64,000 nucleotides of DNA from Elusimicrobiota bacterium (GCA_030651035.1 JAUSCK010000173.1:4177-68176), one strand, 5' to 3'. Positions 48,401 through 59,700 are shown, counted from the stretch's first letter. Made by a program: numbers and translations. Notes: generated from the sequence alone by a model not told the origin.

Positions 48401-51400
48401 CCAGTCCAGCCCGGAAACAGGCATGCGTACGCCTTCCCTCACAATGGCCCGCGTATGACCGGTCTCATTCGTGATGAACGCCGATCGCAGGACCGCGTGG
48501 GCATCCATTATTTTAGCCCAGGCGCGGATAAACGCGGCTCTGTCAAAATTGCCTTCAAACCGGCAGGCCATCTGCATTATGTAAATACCTGAATTCGGCG
48601 CCAGATTGCTTTCGAACATCATGCCCTCTTGCACCGAGGTGAGGGGCCATTCCTGACGGTCAGCGCCGGCATTTATTTTACGGATGCCTGAGAGCGAGCC
48701 CCGCATTTGTTCCAATAATTCAGTTATGTCTTTTTTTTCGTGCAGAACCGTCCCGTATTTTATCGAAGTAGAAAGGATCCCCTCCCGGACTTCGCCGGAA
48801 ACATCCAGGTCATGACTGCGAATAGCGTTAGGGTCCGTAAGCGGGTCCATTTCGCCGCGAACCAGGCTGAAAATAGCTTTATTATTCCCAGCGTCAAAAT
48901 TCCCCAGGTAATTAAAGCAAATGGAGGGGTTTGGGGCGGTTTCAAGGCCGCTTTGGGCTCCGTCCTGCCAGTAAGCAAGAATAGCCCGGAAGCCGATGCC
49001 CGAATGGGGGACCGTTCTTAAAGCGGAAACGACTCTTTGAAGCATAACCTCAAGGTCCGGGGCTCCGCGGGCGTCAAGGGCTACAGGATACAGGCTGGAA
49101 AACCAGCCAACTGTCCGTGAGAAGTCGTCCGCGGACCCGACCGGGTCGCGCCCGTGGCCTTCAACGTCCAGATAGACAAGATCAATACCGAGCCGACGGG
49201 ATAATTCAAGGGCAAAAACGGCAAGAACGACGTCTCCCATGCTGGCGCGGTGTAACTCGGCCATTTTCTGGAGGGCCGCCGTTTCCTCCGGACCGACGGA
49301 GATGGTTTCTGTCGCCGATAATATTTCAGAGTTGGGGCTGGAAGCCCTTTGGGACCGGGAACCGCCGCGGCCCGCCGTTATCCGGCTCCAGTACTCGATC
49401 TCGCTCCGTTCCGGCTTGCTGTATATCTTTGCAAGGTTTGTCGTCCATGAGAGGAAATTTGCGCCCGGCGCCGGCAAGAAGACCTGTTTACCGGTCGTTA
49501 ATTGCTCGTAAACGGTCTGGATATCTTCCGCGATTATCCGCAGAGAGACGGCATCGGCGACCAGATGGTGAACCGTCAGGAACAAAAATGACGATCCCTG
49601 CCGGCCGCCTTCGAAAAGTATAGCGCCCGAGACCGGGCCTTGTTCTATATCCAGGGACTTCGCAAGGCGCGCGCGCGCAAGCTTCCTCTGTTCAGCGGCT
49701 TTATCCGGGGTTATTTTTGAGTGGTCGATCCTCTGTACGCAGAGCTGCTCCGTCCCCGCGTGCGACACATGCTGGGTCCATAGGCTGCCGGGCCGGTCAA
49801 ACCGGAGTTTGAGCGCGTCGTGGTGCTGAAATACATACTGGATGGCTTCCGAGAGCTTGTCCGGGTCGACAGCGTTCTGAACGGCAAGTGTGAGCGACAG
49901 ATTCCAATGATCACGTTCAACCTGCTCATGAGAGAAAAACCAATGCTGCAACGGAGAGAGGGGACCTTCGGAAGGCCTGAAGCCGGGAGCGGAAACAAGC
50001 TTTTCAAGTTTAGCGGAAGCGATTTTCGCCTGAGCCGCGATAGTGGGATTCTCCATGAGCTCTTTGAACGTAAGATGGATGTCTAATTTTATAAGACGCG
50101 AGACCGCCTGCATAGAGACTATTGAATCAACGCCCAGTTCGAAAAGATCCGCGTCCGCTCGAAACGGATCACGATTGAGGAGGTTGCTCCAGACGCCCGC
50201 GATCTTTTCTTCAAGCGGATTTACGAAACCGGGGGCCTGTCCGGGAGCGCTTTCGAACTTGGGAGGAGGCAGCTGCCGGCGGTCGATCTTGCCGTTCGGG
50301 GACAGCGGAATTGAGCCGAGGAAAACGAATACCGCCGGCACCATATAATCCGGCAAAGTTTTCGCGAGCTGGGTTTTGAGCAATGCGGATAGCTGGCCCT
50401 TGTCTATACGGAGGGGAGCGCTCGCCCAGTATTTCATCCGTTTCTGGAATTCAATTTTGTCCGGAACGGCCGGCCTTGCGGCCGAATAATTCCCGCTTTT
50501 TTTAAATAGCGCGTTTACGCTGCCGGCATGACCGGCCCCGCCCCAATTGACCTCTACTTTATAACCGAGAGATTCGCCCAGCTGCCAAAGTTCCGCGGGG
50601 TCAAAATGTTTCAGGGCGGGCCGGAGATCCGCTTCGGCAAGCAGTTTGCAGGCTGTCGTGGACGGAGGAAGAAGATCTGAAAGCCGGGAACATTCCAGCG
50701 GCACACGCAGGCGGGTGTTGGGGATCCCCTGCACTAAAACATTACGGGGGTTCCGGCTTCGCAGCGCCCGCGCGACAGGCTCCAGGGAATCATTGCCGCT
50801 AAAGTCCGGCAAGACCTCCGGTGACGGCTCAGCCGTGGCGGGGCCTTTGGTCAGTAATACATCGTAGCGGAATTGGGTCAGCTCATTCAGATGAGATGAA
50901 GATTTAACGCTAATATCGATACTGCCGATCTCAGGGAACCGCACGGACAATGATTCAAAAAAAGCCGGGCTTACGAACAGTTCGGTTTCATTAACAGCGT
51001 CTATCTCCGCCAGGGCCTTTATCTGGCTGACAGGCGTACCAGGGGCGGCCCGCCTGGCCCGGGAGTATAAATAAAATACGGAAGCAAGGTCGAAGTTCCT
51101 TACATCGCCTATAAAAACATGCCCGCCGGGAGTCAGCAAAGCCAGCGATTTTTCTATGACCTCCAGAAGATATTCAACGGTCGGGAAGTACTGGGCGACT
51201 GAATTGATCACTATCGTATCGTAACGCATGCCCGGCAATCCGGATATCTCATGCGCCATTCTTTTTTCCAGCGTGACCCGATCTTTAAAGCTTGTTTTAG
51301 CCAGATGCTCCCCGATCCTGTTTATCCCTATGATAGAGGCGTCGATCCCGTGATAAGAATTAATCAGGGGAGCAATTTTATAAAGCAGCAACCCCGTGCC

Positions 51401-53773
51401 GCAGCCGATCTCTAATATGTTCTTCGGACCTGCTGCCAGGATCCTGGATGTCGTTTCATCGACCCATTTCTGCATCTCTATCTCGGGGATAGGCTCACCG
51501 GTATAACTGTTGGTCCAGGTGGTGAAATCGCTGGTGGCGGCCACATCGAAATCATGGTCGTATTGATAATCGAACAGGTTCTGCCAGCCCTCCAGGAGAT
51601 TTTCCGAGAAAGAGGAGGACAGTTCCTCCCCTTGCGAATCGCTTGGCACGATATACGCGGCAAGCTGCTTAAGGCCCGGAGTATCTTCGCGCATAATTAC
51701 CACGGCATCTTTTACCGATGGCTGCTTCAGAAGCGCCAGCTCGATCTCGCCCAGCTCGACCCGAAAGCCGCGGATCTTGATCTGGTGGTCTATCCGGCCC
51801 AGGTATTCTATTGCTCCGTCAGGCTGATATCGGGCAAGGTCCCCTGTCTTATAGAGCCGGGCTCCAGGAAGGCCGCTGAAGGGGTCCGGGGAAAATTTCT
51901 CGGCCGTCAGGTCGGGACGCAGGTGGTAGCCTCTTGCCAAGCCGACCCCCCCGATACAAATCTCCCCGCCGGAGCCGATAGGCGCCAGATTGAAATCACG
52001 GTCTACGATATAAAGCCGGATATTCGCTATCGGCCAGCCGATGGGGACGCAGGGCCTCTTATCAGCGGGAAGACACTGGTAAGATGAGACATCGATCGCG
52101 GCTTCGGTAGGCCCGTACAGATTATGCAGTTCCGCGGTTTTAAAGACCTGGTGAAATCGCGAGCAGAGATCTTTTGAAAGGGCTTCCCCGCTGCAGATAA
52201 CATGCCGGACGGAGGGCAGCGACCCGGCTGCGGGCTCATCAAGAAAAATCCTCAGCATCGAAGGGACGAAGTGCAATGTCGTTACTTTATGGGTCCGGAT
52301 AGTCTCGGCAAGACAGGCTGTGTCCAGGTGCCCTTTAGGCCGGAGCATGACGAGAGCCGAGCCGGAAATGCAGGGCCAGAGGAATTCCCAGACGGACACA
52401 TCAAATGCGTAAGGCGTTTTTTGCAGGACGCGATCAGCCTCATTGAGGCCGAAAGTTTTCTGCATCCAATACAGCCTGTTCATCAGGGCCTCGTGGGAAT
52501 TCATCGCGCCTTTAGGCCGCCCGGTCGAGCCGGACGTGAAAATCATGTATGCAAGGCCGGCCGGCGATATGGAGATTCCCAGATCCCCTTCTTTTTCATT
52601 GGCGATCTTGTCCGTTTCGCCATCAAGGGCTATAGCGCTGCAGCCAATGGACGCAAGCATCGGAAGAAAATGCGCCTGTGTTAAAACCAGTGGCTTACCG
52701 GAATCTTCGAACATGAATTGAAGCCGGTCCGCCGGCAGCTCCGGGTCCAGGGGGACGTAAGCCGCGCCGGCTTTGATTATCCCCAGTATGGAAATGACCA
52801 TTTCCGGAGACCGGTCCAGGCATAATCCGACGAGAGCGTCGGCCCCTGCGCCTTTTTTCCTGATGAAGCGGGCCAGGCGGTTGGCAAGCGAGTTGACCTT
52901 CGCATAGGTCAGGGTCCCGCTGTCAGAAATAATACAGGGAGAATCCGGAGCAGCCGCGGCCTGCGCTTCGAATGCGGCCGCCGCATTCGGGAAACCCTGA
53001 TATGGCCGGGCCTTCTTATTCCAAATTTCTTTTTGAGTGCGCACCTCTGCCCCGGTGAGGATCTTGATGTTACTGACAGGGCCGTCCAATCCGTATAAGC
53101 CATTATCAAGCGCGGAACAGAGGTGATCGAAAAAAGCCAGGATAGCAGGGGGCTGGTATCGGCTATTTTCGAAAGTCATCTTAAGATCGATGCCTGCCCC
53201 TTCATGATGGACCTCAAGGACAAGCGGGCTTGAATGACCGGGGAATGGCTTATGAAGACCTTTGGTCGAGATCAGGAGGCCGAAGTCTTCAGCGGTTCCC
53301 TTAAGATCACTTCGCGCGGAATCCTCTACCATCGCGTGATAGGGGAAGCCCTGATGCACATAAGCGGCCTGCAATAAATTCCGGGTTTCCTTCAGGACTG
53401 TTTGAAAGGAGTCTGTTTCAAGGATGCCGCTGGAAATAGGGAGGATGTTGGCCGGCTCGTCCTGGCCTGCGGGAGGCACCCCGATGGTGGTTTGGTCGTT
53501 TCCCGTGTAAACGCGCAAACAGATCTTTGCCGCCGCCGTAACAGCCGTATGAAGCAGCAGATCCGAACCTTGGCAGAGGTCCTGTAAGGATTTAAGGGTC
53601 TCTTTAGGCAGTTTCAGACTGAGAGTTGTGGCGCCGGTAATCGGCGTCCGGCTATCAGCAGCATCCGAAACCGGGGAGAGTGCGGCCGGGACGCCGCAGT
53701 TCGCGGCGAAATTCTCGAGCCGTTTTCCCCAGAATTTCCTCAGTGCGGTAACATCGGATATTTTAGAAATCAT
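45437..53773 (-). CDS. NRPS: partial C-A(Ser)-N-methyltransferase-PCP-E-C-A(Asn-like)-PCP
   Basis: FTSGSTG, LEIGCGTG, GVDSI, E motifs HHLVADAVS/EGHGRD/RTVGWF, HHLILDGWS, GGHSL. Confidence 0.92.
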   Translation of the reverse strand: MISKISDVTALRKFWGKRLENFAANCGVPAALSPVSDAADSRTPITGATTLSLKLPKETLKSLQDLCQGSDLLLHTAVTAAAKICLRVYTGNDQTTIGVPPAGQDEPANILPISSGILETDSFQTVLKETRNLLQAAYVHQGFPYHAMVEDSARSDLKGTAEDFGLLISTKGLHKPFPGHSSPLVLEVHHEGAGIDLKMTFENSRYQPPAILAFFDHLCSALDNGLYGLDGPVSNIKILTGAEVRTQKEIWNKKARPYQGFPNAAAAFEAQAAAAPDSPCIISDSGTLTYAKVNSLANRLARFIRKKGAGADALVGLCLDRSPEMVISILGIIKAGAAYVPLDPELPADRLQFMFEDSGKPLVLTQAHFLPMLASIGCSAIALDGETDKIANEKEGDLGISISPAGLAYMIFTSGSTGRPKGAMNSHEALMNRLYWMQKTFGLNEADRVLQKTPYAFDVSVWEFLWPCISGSALVMLRPKGHLDTACLAETIRTHKVTTLHFVPSMLRIFLDEPAAGSLPSVRHVICSGEALSKDLCSRFHQVFKTAELHNLYGPTEAAIDVSSYQCLPADKRPCVPIGWPIANIRLYIVDRDFNLAPIGSGGEICIGGVGLARGYHLRPDLTAEKFSPDPFSGLPGARLYKTGDLARYQPDGAIEYLGRIDHQIKIRGFRVELGEIELALLKQPSVKDAVVIMREDTPGLKQLAAYIVPSDSQGEELSSSFSENLLEGWQNLFDYQYDHDFDVAATSDFTTWTNSYTGEPIPEIEMQKWVDETTSRILAAGPKNILEIGCGTGLLLYKIAPLINSYHGIDASIIGINRIGEHLAKTSFKDRVTLEKRMAHEISGLPGMRYDTIVINSVAQYFPTVEYLLEVIEKSLALLTPGGHVFIGDVRNFDLASVFYLYSRARRAAPGTPVSQIKALAEIDAVNETELFVSPAFFESLSVRFPEIGSIDISVKSSSHLNELTQFRYDVLLTKGPATAEPSPEVLPDFSGNDSLEPVARALRSRNPRNVLVQGIPNTRLRVPLECSRLSDLLPPSTTACKLLAEADLRPALKHFDPAELWQLGESLGYKVEVNWGGAGHAGSVNALFKKSGNYSAARPAVPDKIEFQKRMKYWASAPLRIDKGQLSALLKTQLAKTLPDYMVPAVFVFLGSIPLSPNGKIDRRQLPPPKFESAPGQAPGFVNPLEEKIAGVWSNLLNRDPFRADADLFELGVDSIVSMQAVSRLIKLDIHLTFKELMENPTIAAQAKIASAKLEKLVSAPGFRPSEGPLSPLQHWFFSHEQVERDHWNLSLTLAVQNAVDPDKLSEAIQYVFQHHDALKLRFDRPGSLWTQHVSHAGTEQLCVQRIDHSKITPDKAAEQRKLARARLAKSLDIEQGPVSGAILFEGGRQGSSFLFLTVHHLVADAVSLRIIAEDIQTVYEQLTTGKQVFLPAPGANFLSWTTNLAKIYSKPERSEIEYWSRITAGRGGSRSQRASSPNSEILSATETISVGPEETAALQKMAELHRASMGDVVLAVFALELSRRLGIDLVYLDVEGHGRDPVGSADDFSRTVGWFSSLYPVALDARGAPDLEVMLQRVVSALRTVPHSGIGFRAILAYWQDGAQSGLETAPNPSICFNYLGNFDAGNNKAIFSLVRGEMDPLTDPNAIRSHDLDVSGEVREGILSTSIKYGTVLHEKKDITELLEQMRGSLSGIRKINAGADRQEWPLTSVQEGMMFESNLAPNSGIYIMQMACRFEGNFDRAAFIRAWAKIMDAHAVLRSAFITNETGHTRAIVREGVRMPVSGLDWSGVDKTLHARQLEEFLKTDRLTDFDLSKAPLMRGALIKLDDRSHYFIWTHHHLILDGWSVGIVLKDLFSAYVSEQGHSVSTPIPSRSFSTYLNWLAERRTDSSRAFWQSALAGLVNPAKFGIELEKKTVTNGLASGHGKVSLKLDPAECAALNTLAKNARVTLNTVFQGAWGLLLSQYCGRNDVCFGTIVSTRPAELLTGDPVAGPFINTLPLRLNIDKGLDCHQWLQTVQSSIVGMLPHSHCSLIDIQNWSGTARGTGLFESIIAFENYPVSDLINGNSGGFSVCGVEWRESTEFPLSVVIIPGAAISVDLQYRCDSYPAWVIDRLLSNYKRILKTLCAFPKRPLAGLEINDEKESEWQLRTFNDTRSSFPSESTIISLFQDKAALAPGATALAAGGVRLTFSELNAKANRLAHYLRSLGSGPGQIVGICQARGIDSILSILAVLKTGAAYAPIDPALPEERIKTILEDTGIKTVLALGDVISILPEANKIIDIGRETHFWAGLSPDNLPETGHPLSLAYVLFTSGSTGKPKAVMIHHRGLVNYASWCIAAYHYDKGQGAPLISSLSYDLPVTAVFGALISGQTLHIHPEPDTLDSLIAGLRTGADYSVVKLTPAHLEVLSRSLEASDPSRGARVFVIGGEQLLAETLDWFKRAMPDTLLVNEYGPTETVVGCSTHTVGAASPSSGAIPIGRPIANTQLYILNDEMRTIPRGATGELYIGGEGVCRGYFGHPGLTAEKFVPDPFTTAPGKRLYRTGDLARFTEQGELEFTGRNDFQVKVRGFRVELGDIEAVLIKQEGVRAAIALAHAGHDGHTKITAYLVSDKESGLDKDILRERLKQCLPPHMIPAALVILEAFPLTANGKVDRHVLEKLPAANDRAEPDTTFTPTEQKLAVFWQEILGCGQIGKHDDFFAAGGHSLMASRVRARIKSEFGLEMPLKVVFEQRTISELALAVDKLVQEAEGALLDRLEQLSDEEARELLSKEDL

Positions 53774-53934
53774 GAGCCAATTCTCAGGTTGTGCTTTCCG
53801 ATCTGAAGTCGATCACCGCAAAATGGTTAATTTGGCCGTTTCAATTATGCTATTTTATAATGATATGTAATTTTAGTAAATATAGAGTTCTATAGAGAAA
53901 TAGAAGTTGAAATCTCCCGATTAAAAAGGGGCCT

Positions 53935-56427
53935 ATGCTAACCGGCCCGGAGAATTTCCCGGGCCCGGCTCGGGATATCAGGGAAAATCATTGGATCCCG
54001 GCGGCCTGTTCCGGCATGGAAAAAGCACGATCTTCAACAATTTCAGGGTTTCTCTCCGCAATATTATGTGCCGGGTTGTTGTCCGTCGGCTTGCGCGGAT
54101 TCAGCCGCGTTCCGGCGCTGGAAGCGATCATTGATCCGGTACGGGGGATCTGGAAAAACACCGCGCCGCGGAAACATACGGACGTAAAACTCGGTTCGCT
54201 CCATGCCCGGTCGGCCGTCATCTGGAATAAAACGGATATCCCCTATATTTTCTCGTCGACACCTGAAGACCTTTATCGCGTCCAGGGCTACGTCCTGGCC
54301 AGCCAGAGACTATGGCAAATGGAATTCCTCGCCCGCGCCACAGCCGGCCGGTTGTCCGAACTTTACGGACCAATGGCCCTTGACCTGGATAAATTTAACA
54401 GGGCCGCGGCCTTGCCCCGGTCGGCGGAGATAATACTTGCCGAAGCAATGAAGGACCCTTTCACGAAGATGGCGCTGGAAGCATACGCTGAAGGTGTAAA
54501 TGAATACATAAAGACCCTTGATAAGGCAAGCAGGCCTGTCGAGTATAAATTCTTCAATGTTTACCCGGAGCCATGGACCCCGCTTAAAAGCGCGCTGGTT
54601 TACATAAGTTTATCCTGGCAGCTGTCAGGTTATGATTCCCGGGCGGAGCTAAGGCGCTCAAATACTCTGCAGCGCCTTGGCCAGGACCGCTTTCAACGGA
54701 TATTCCCGGCAAAGCGCCCCTGGGCGCACCCGATGACGAACTCTGTTTGTAAGCCGAGGACGGCCGCTGGTCCTGTTCCCGACGAGGGGATGGATCTTCA
54801 ATTTATTCCGATAGACAAAGGTTTCTGGCCGCCCCCGGGCATCGGAAGCAACGCGTGGGCCGTTCGGTTCGGATCCCCCGGCGCCTATTCAACGCTTCTC
54901 GCCAGCGATCCCCATCTTCCTTTGACTTCTCCTTCGATCTGGTTTTTAAATCAGCTTAGCGACGGCGGCCACACGGTCCTTGGGGCAAGTGTCCCCGGCG
55001 TTCCGGGGGTTATTGTAGGCTCTAATTCCGATTACGCGTGGAGCGTTACAAATGGAGGACTCGACGTTGTCGATTGGTACGGCATTAAATTCAAAGATGA
55101 CTCCTGGAGCGAGTACGAGCTTGACGGAGCCTGGGTCCGGACGACCCGCCGCAATGAGCTGATCCGTGTCAGGGGAAGCAAAGAGGTTAATGTGCCGGTT
55201 ACCTTTACCCATCATGGCCCGGTCTCTTTTGGCTATGAGAGCGGCGGGAAGCGCGTCGGTTTGGCTATGCATTGGTCAGGGCATTCAAAGACGAACCCTT
55301 TCGCCGTTTTTTTGCGGCTGGACCGGGGCGCCGACCGATCGGCGTTCAAGGCCGCCCTCGCGGGCTTAAGCATGCCGCTTAATTTCCTGTACGCGGACCG
55401 GAAAGGCAATATCGCGGGCTACACGGCGGGATCTATCCCTGAGCGGTTATCCGGAACCGGGAAACACCTCAGCGACGGCTCCAGGTCCGCGAATGATTGG
55501 CGCGGATATCTGCCGTCATCGGAAGCGCCGAGGACGGAAAACCCTAAGTCTAATTATGTTTTTTCGGCGAACCAGGACCCCGTCGGCGCCAATTCTCATG
55601 TTTACCTGGGAATTTTCCCGCCGGATTATCGGGCGGCCAGAATTGAAGAACTCCTTCGGGCGGGGCCGGTTGAAAAGATCGGGACACATCTTAAAATGCA
55701 GCTTGATGAGAAATGCCCGGAAGCTGAAATCGTGCTGCCTGAATTATTAAAGCTCGTTTCTAGAAAAGAACTTTCGCCCTTTGAGCTCCAGGCGCTTGGC
55801 CTTTTGCTTAATTGGGATTTTTTAGCGGCCGCGAACGACCCGGCGCCAAGCGTATTCGAGGCCTGGTGGAGAACTTACCGTAAGCTTGCCTGGGAGAAGG
55901 AAGCCGGAAAGGACGCCGCATTGATGGAACCGCCGGGAACAGATCTGTATGCGGCCTGGCTTACCGGGAATAAAGACTCGTCCGCAAAGACCCCGCCCGA
56001 CAGCAAAGCGCCCGGACGGCTTGCGACCGAAGCGCTTCACCAGGCTGTCCTTGAACTGGTGAAAAAATATGGCGCGGCCCCGGCTCAGTGGCAGTGGGGA
56101 AAAATAAATGAAGTCACTATCGCCCATGTCTCCCGAATCCCTAATTTTGGGCAGCGGGCCCCATGGGTTAACGGCGGCCTGCAGTCATTGAATGCATTTC
56201 ACGGCTCATACGGGCCCAGCTTGCGGCTGATCGTGCAGTTTGACTCGCATGGCCCTAAAGTTATGGCCGGGTATCCGGGCGGGGCGTCAGGTAACCCTGG
56301 AGACCCGCTTTCAGCTTCGCTGGTAAACGAGTTCATGGCCGGCAAGCTCAATCCGGTCGCCTTCGCGCTCAAAGAGACGGATCTCCCGGCCGATAGTTCC
56401 GTCCAGATCTTCAGGAGCTCAAAATGA
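53935..56427 (+). CDS. Penicillin acylase family (S45) Ntn hydrolase
   Basis: RLWQME, GSNAW, DPHL, SANQ; N-terminal hydrophobic helix. Confidence 0.9.
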   Translation: MLTGPENFPGPARDIRENHWIPAACSGMEKARSSTISGFLSAILCAGLLSVGLRGFSRVPALEAIIDPVRGIWKNTAPRKHTDVKLGSLHARSAVIWNKTDIPYIFSSTPEDLYRVQGYVLASQRLWQMEFLARATAGRLSELYGPMALDLDKFNRAAALPRSAEIILAEAMKDPFTKMALEAYAEGVNEYIKTLDKASRPVEYKFFNVYPEPWTPLKSALVYISLSWQLSGYDSRAELRRSNTLQRLGQDRFQRIFPAKRPWAHPMTNSVCKPRTAAGPVPDEGMDLQFIPIDKGFWPPPGIGSNAWAVRFGSPGAYSTLLASDPHLPLTSPSIWFLNQLSDGGHTVLGASVPGVPGVIVGSNSDYAWSVTNGGLDVVDWYGIKFKDDSWSEYELDGAWVRTTRRNELIRVRGSKEVNVPVTFTHHGPVSFGYESGGKRVGLAMHWSGHSKTNPFAVFLRLDRGADRSAFKAALAGLSMPLNFLYADRKGNIAGYTAGSIPERLSGTGKHLSDGSRSANDWRGYLPSSEAPRTENPKSNYVFSANQDPVGANSHVYLGIFPPDYRAARIEELLRAGPVEKIGTHLKMQLDEKCPEAEIVLPELLKLVSRKELSPFELQALGLLLNWDFLAAANDPAPSVFEAWWRTYRKLAWEKEAGKDAALMEPPGTDLYAAWLTGNKDSSAKTPPDSKAPGRLATEALHQAVLELVKKYGAAPAQWQWGKINEVTIAHVSRIPNFGQRAPWVNGGLQSLNAFHGSYGPSLRLIVQFDSHGPKVMAGYPGGASGNPGDPLSASLVNEFMAGKLNPVAFALKETDLPADSSVQIFRSSK

Positions 56428-56789
56428 AGGTTATTCTCGCAAGAACGGCGCAGCTTTTCACGGCGGCTTTTGGCGACTGCCTGTTAGGCTTCTCCGGCAT
56501 AGCCGTTTTCGGCTTCCTGACCTGCTTTATGTGGTCATATAGAGACCGCAATTCAAGATCAGTGCTCTGGACTTCTATCGGCGCCGGCGGCTGGTCCCTC
56601 GCTTTATGTCTTCCTCCGGCTATGGGGGCAGACCGGCTAATTGCCGCCAAAACCGCTTCCGCCTTCGGCTTACCAAGCGCTATCCTCCTGGTGTTCGTGA
56701 CCTTGATATATATTATGGCGCTCTCCGCGTCCGCCGGGATGGCAGGCGCGCGATTTGGCCGTTTATCGGCCGGCGGGCTGAAAAAATGA
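56424..56789 (+). CDS. Small multi-pass membrane protein
   Basis: Hydrophobic 121-aa ORF with ATGA overlaps at both ends. Confidence 0.6.
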   Translation: MKVILARTAQLFTAAFGDCLLGFSGIAVFGFLTCFMWSYRDRNSRSVLWTSIGAGGWSLALCLPPAMGADRLIAAKTASAFGLPSAILLVFVTLIYIMALSASAGMAGARFGRLSAGGLKK

Positions 56790-59700
56790 CGGATAATAAA
56801 TTCAGGAAACACATCGGTCTTATTAAAGGATCCAAGTCGCTAGCCGACATAGGCCGTCACTATGCCAAAACACAGGGGTCGGCGACGGCTTTCACCTTTC
56901 TTGGAAAAGATGACGGCGATAATCAGAGTCTCGATTACGCTGCGGTCGACCTGCGCGCCCGCGCGATAGCGGCCTCCCTGAGCTGCTCGATGCATAAAGG
57001 CGAGCGGGCTTTATTATTGTACCCGCCGGGCCTTGGATTTGTCGAAGCGTTCTTAGGATGCATTTATGCCGGTATTATCGCGGTGCCTGCCTATTTGCCT
57101 CAAAAAAGAAAAGAGCACTGGCAGCGTCTCGCTCTTATCTCCCGAACGGCCGAAGTCCGCGCCGTCCTTACTTCAAGATCCGTAACTTCAGATTGGGATA
57201 AAACCCCGGAAATAGCGGCAATGTTCGAAGCGTGCCAGCTCATTGCAACGGACTCCATCGGTCCTTCGCCGGCGTCTTCATGGAATTATCCTGACGTAGA
57301 GCCGACTGACCTGGCTTTCCTGCAATTCACATCGGGCTCGACCGGCGATCCCAAGGGCGTCATGGTCAGCCATAAAGCGCTACTGAGCAATGAATTGATG
57401 ATAGCGGATTCTTTTGGGAACGATGACGGCCTTGTGACGGCCGGCTGGCTTCCGCTCTATCACGATATGGGATTGATCGGGAATGTCCTGCAGCCGTTCT
57501 GCCTTGGCGGTCACTCGGTGAACATGTCCCCGGTGTCTTTCCTCCAAAGTCCCATTACCTGGCTTTCAATGATCTCTAAATTCGGCGCTACAACAAGCGG
57601 AGCCCCGAATTTTGCTTATGACCTGTGCGTTCTCCGGATAACCGATGAACAAATGTCCGGCTTGGACCTAAGCAAGTGGACTATCGCATTTAATGGGGCG
57701 GAACCCATACGGGCGGAGACCTTAAAGCGCTTCAGCGAAAAATTTGCGCCCTGCGGCTTTTCCAAAGAATCGTTTTTTCCCTGCTACGGCCTCGCCGAAG
57801 CGACCCTCCTCGTATCCGGCGGCCCGGTACGAAGGGAGTATCGCCGGCTCATGCTGGACGGGAAGGCCCTTGAGCGGAATAAAATAGAACTATCGGACAC
57901 GGCCGGCAAAGATACGCGGACGCTGGTCAGTTCCGGACGGGTCGTTCCGGGCCAGCAGCTTGCCATCGTGGACCCGGAGCACCTGACCAGATGTCCTTCC
58001 CGAACGGTCGGCGAGATCTGGCTGAAGAGTCCAAGCGCGGCCAGGGGGTATTGGAACCAGGCTGAGGCGACCCGAAGGACTTTCCAGGCCGATATTCCAG
58101 GCGAAAGCGGAGCTCATTATTTACGCACCGGCGACCTTGGTTTCATCCATGAGAACGACCTTTACATCTCCGGCAGATTAAAGGATATGATCATTATCCG
58201 CGGACGGAATATTTATCCGCAGGATATCGAGGCCGCTGTTCAAAGCTCGCATCCGGCATTCAGAGCCGGCGGCGGCGCCGCTTTCTCGATCGACCATGAC
58301 AACGAGGAGAAATTAATTATCGTTCAGGAAGTTGAACGCACGCAGGCCAGGAGCCTTGATAAAGAGGGCGCCGCGCGCATAATAGCGCAGGCGATCGGAG
58401 AAGCGTTCGGCATCCAGGTCCACGATGTCATGCTCATCCGGCATGGCACCTTAGTGAAAACCTCGAGCGGGAAGATCGAACATCGCACGTGTAAGCGCAA
58501 GTACCTAGAGAGCGGGCTGGTCCTCCAGTATCCAAAAGTTGTCCCGCCTAAAATTGCCGAAACCGCACCGCCGCCCGGGGATCCGCTCGATCAGCTAAGG
58601 CACATGGCGGCCAGTATACTTAAGGTCCGCCCCGAATCAATTGATCCATCCGTGTCGCTGATAGCTTATGGACTTGATTCCCTGGCGACGCTGGCCATGC
58701 AGCACGCTCTTGAATTGGAATTCACCGTAAAAATTCCCGCTGATAAAATGTTCTCCGGTCCCAGCCTTAATTCCATAGCTGAACTCCTGGCCCTTCAGGC
58801 GCCGGCACATCCGCGGAAAGACAGCGGCGACAGGGAACCCTCGGAAAAGGCCCCCCGCAGCGCTGAGGACGGACAAGAGCCCGTGCGGACGGGTCTTGCG
58901 CTTAATCAAAAAGCGCTCTGGACACTTTACCAGCTGGATCCGACGAGTTCCGCGTATAATGTAGCGGCCGCTATCCGTTTTGACGAATCGCTGGATGAGG
59001 GCCGGCTTAAAGCCGCTTTTTATGAAGTAATACGGCGTCACGAGAGCTTGCGCGCGGTATTTGACGCGACCGATGATCAGCCTGCGCAGTCCTTCGTTCA
59101 GGAGAATCCGCGGGCATTCAGCTGGGTGAGAGTTGTTAATGAAGCTGAATCTTTTTTTTCCGAGAGGATAGGCCTTTGCGCGAAAGAGCCTTTCGACCTG
59201 AAGTCGGGACCGGCCTTCCGGGCCACTTTATTCGAAAACATCGGCCATTACAGCGTGATGCTGATCTCCGCGCACCATCTTGTGATCGATCTCTGGTCGA
59301 TGGTCCAGATCATAGAGGAGCTCGCTATAATTTATTCAGGCGGCGATCTGAGCGGCCGCCCTCCCCCGCGCCCCTACGCGGATTTCGTCGCTTTGTCAGA
59401 GCGCCGGATGAAAGATCCCGGTTTTAAAGCTCAATGGAACTATTGGGAAGGCCAGCTTTCAGGTCCGTTGCCTGTGCTGACGCTTCCGACAGACCGGCCA
59501 AGGCCGCGGTTCCAGAGTTTCGCGGGGGAAAGCATCGTCCTTAAAGTCGGCGCTGATACCGCGGAAAAAGTGAACGCTCTCGCTAAAAAAGAAAACTGCA
59601 CTCCCTTCACACTGCTGCTTGCCGGATATCTGGCGCTCCTTCATCGCTACACGGGAGAAACTGATATCTGCGTCGGGTGCCCCACGGCGGGGCGGCCCGA

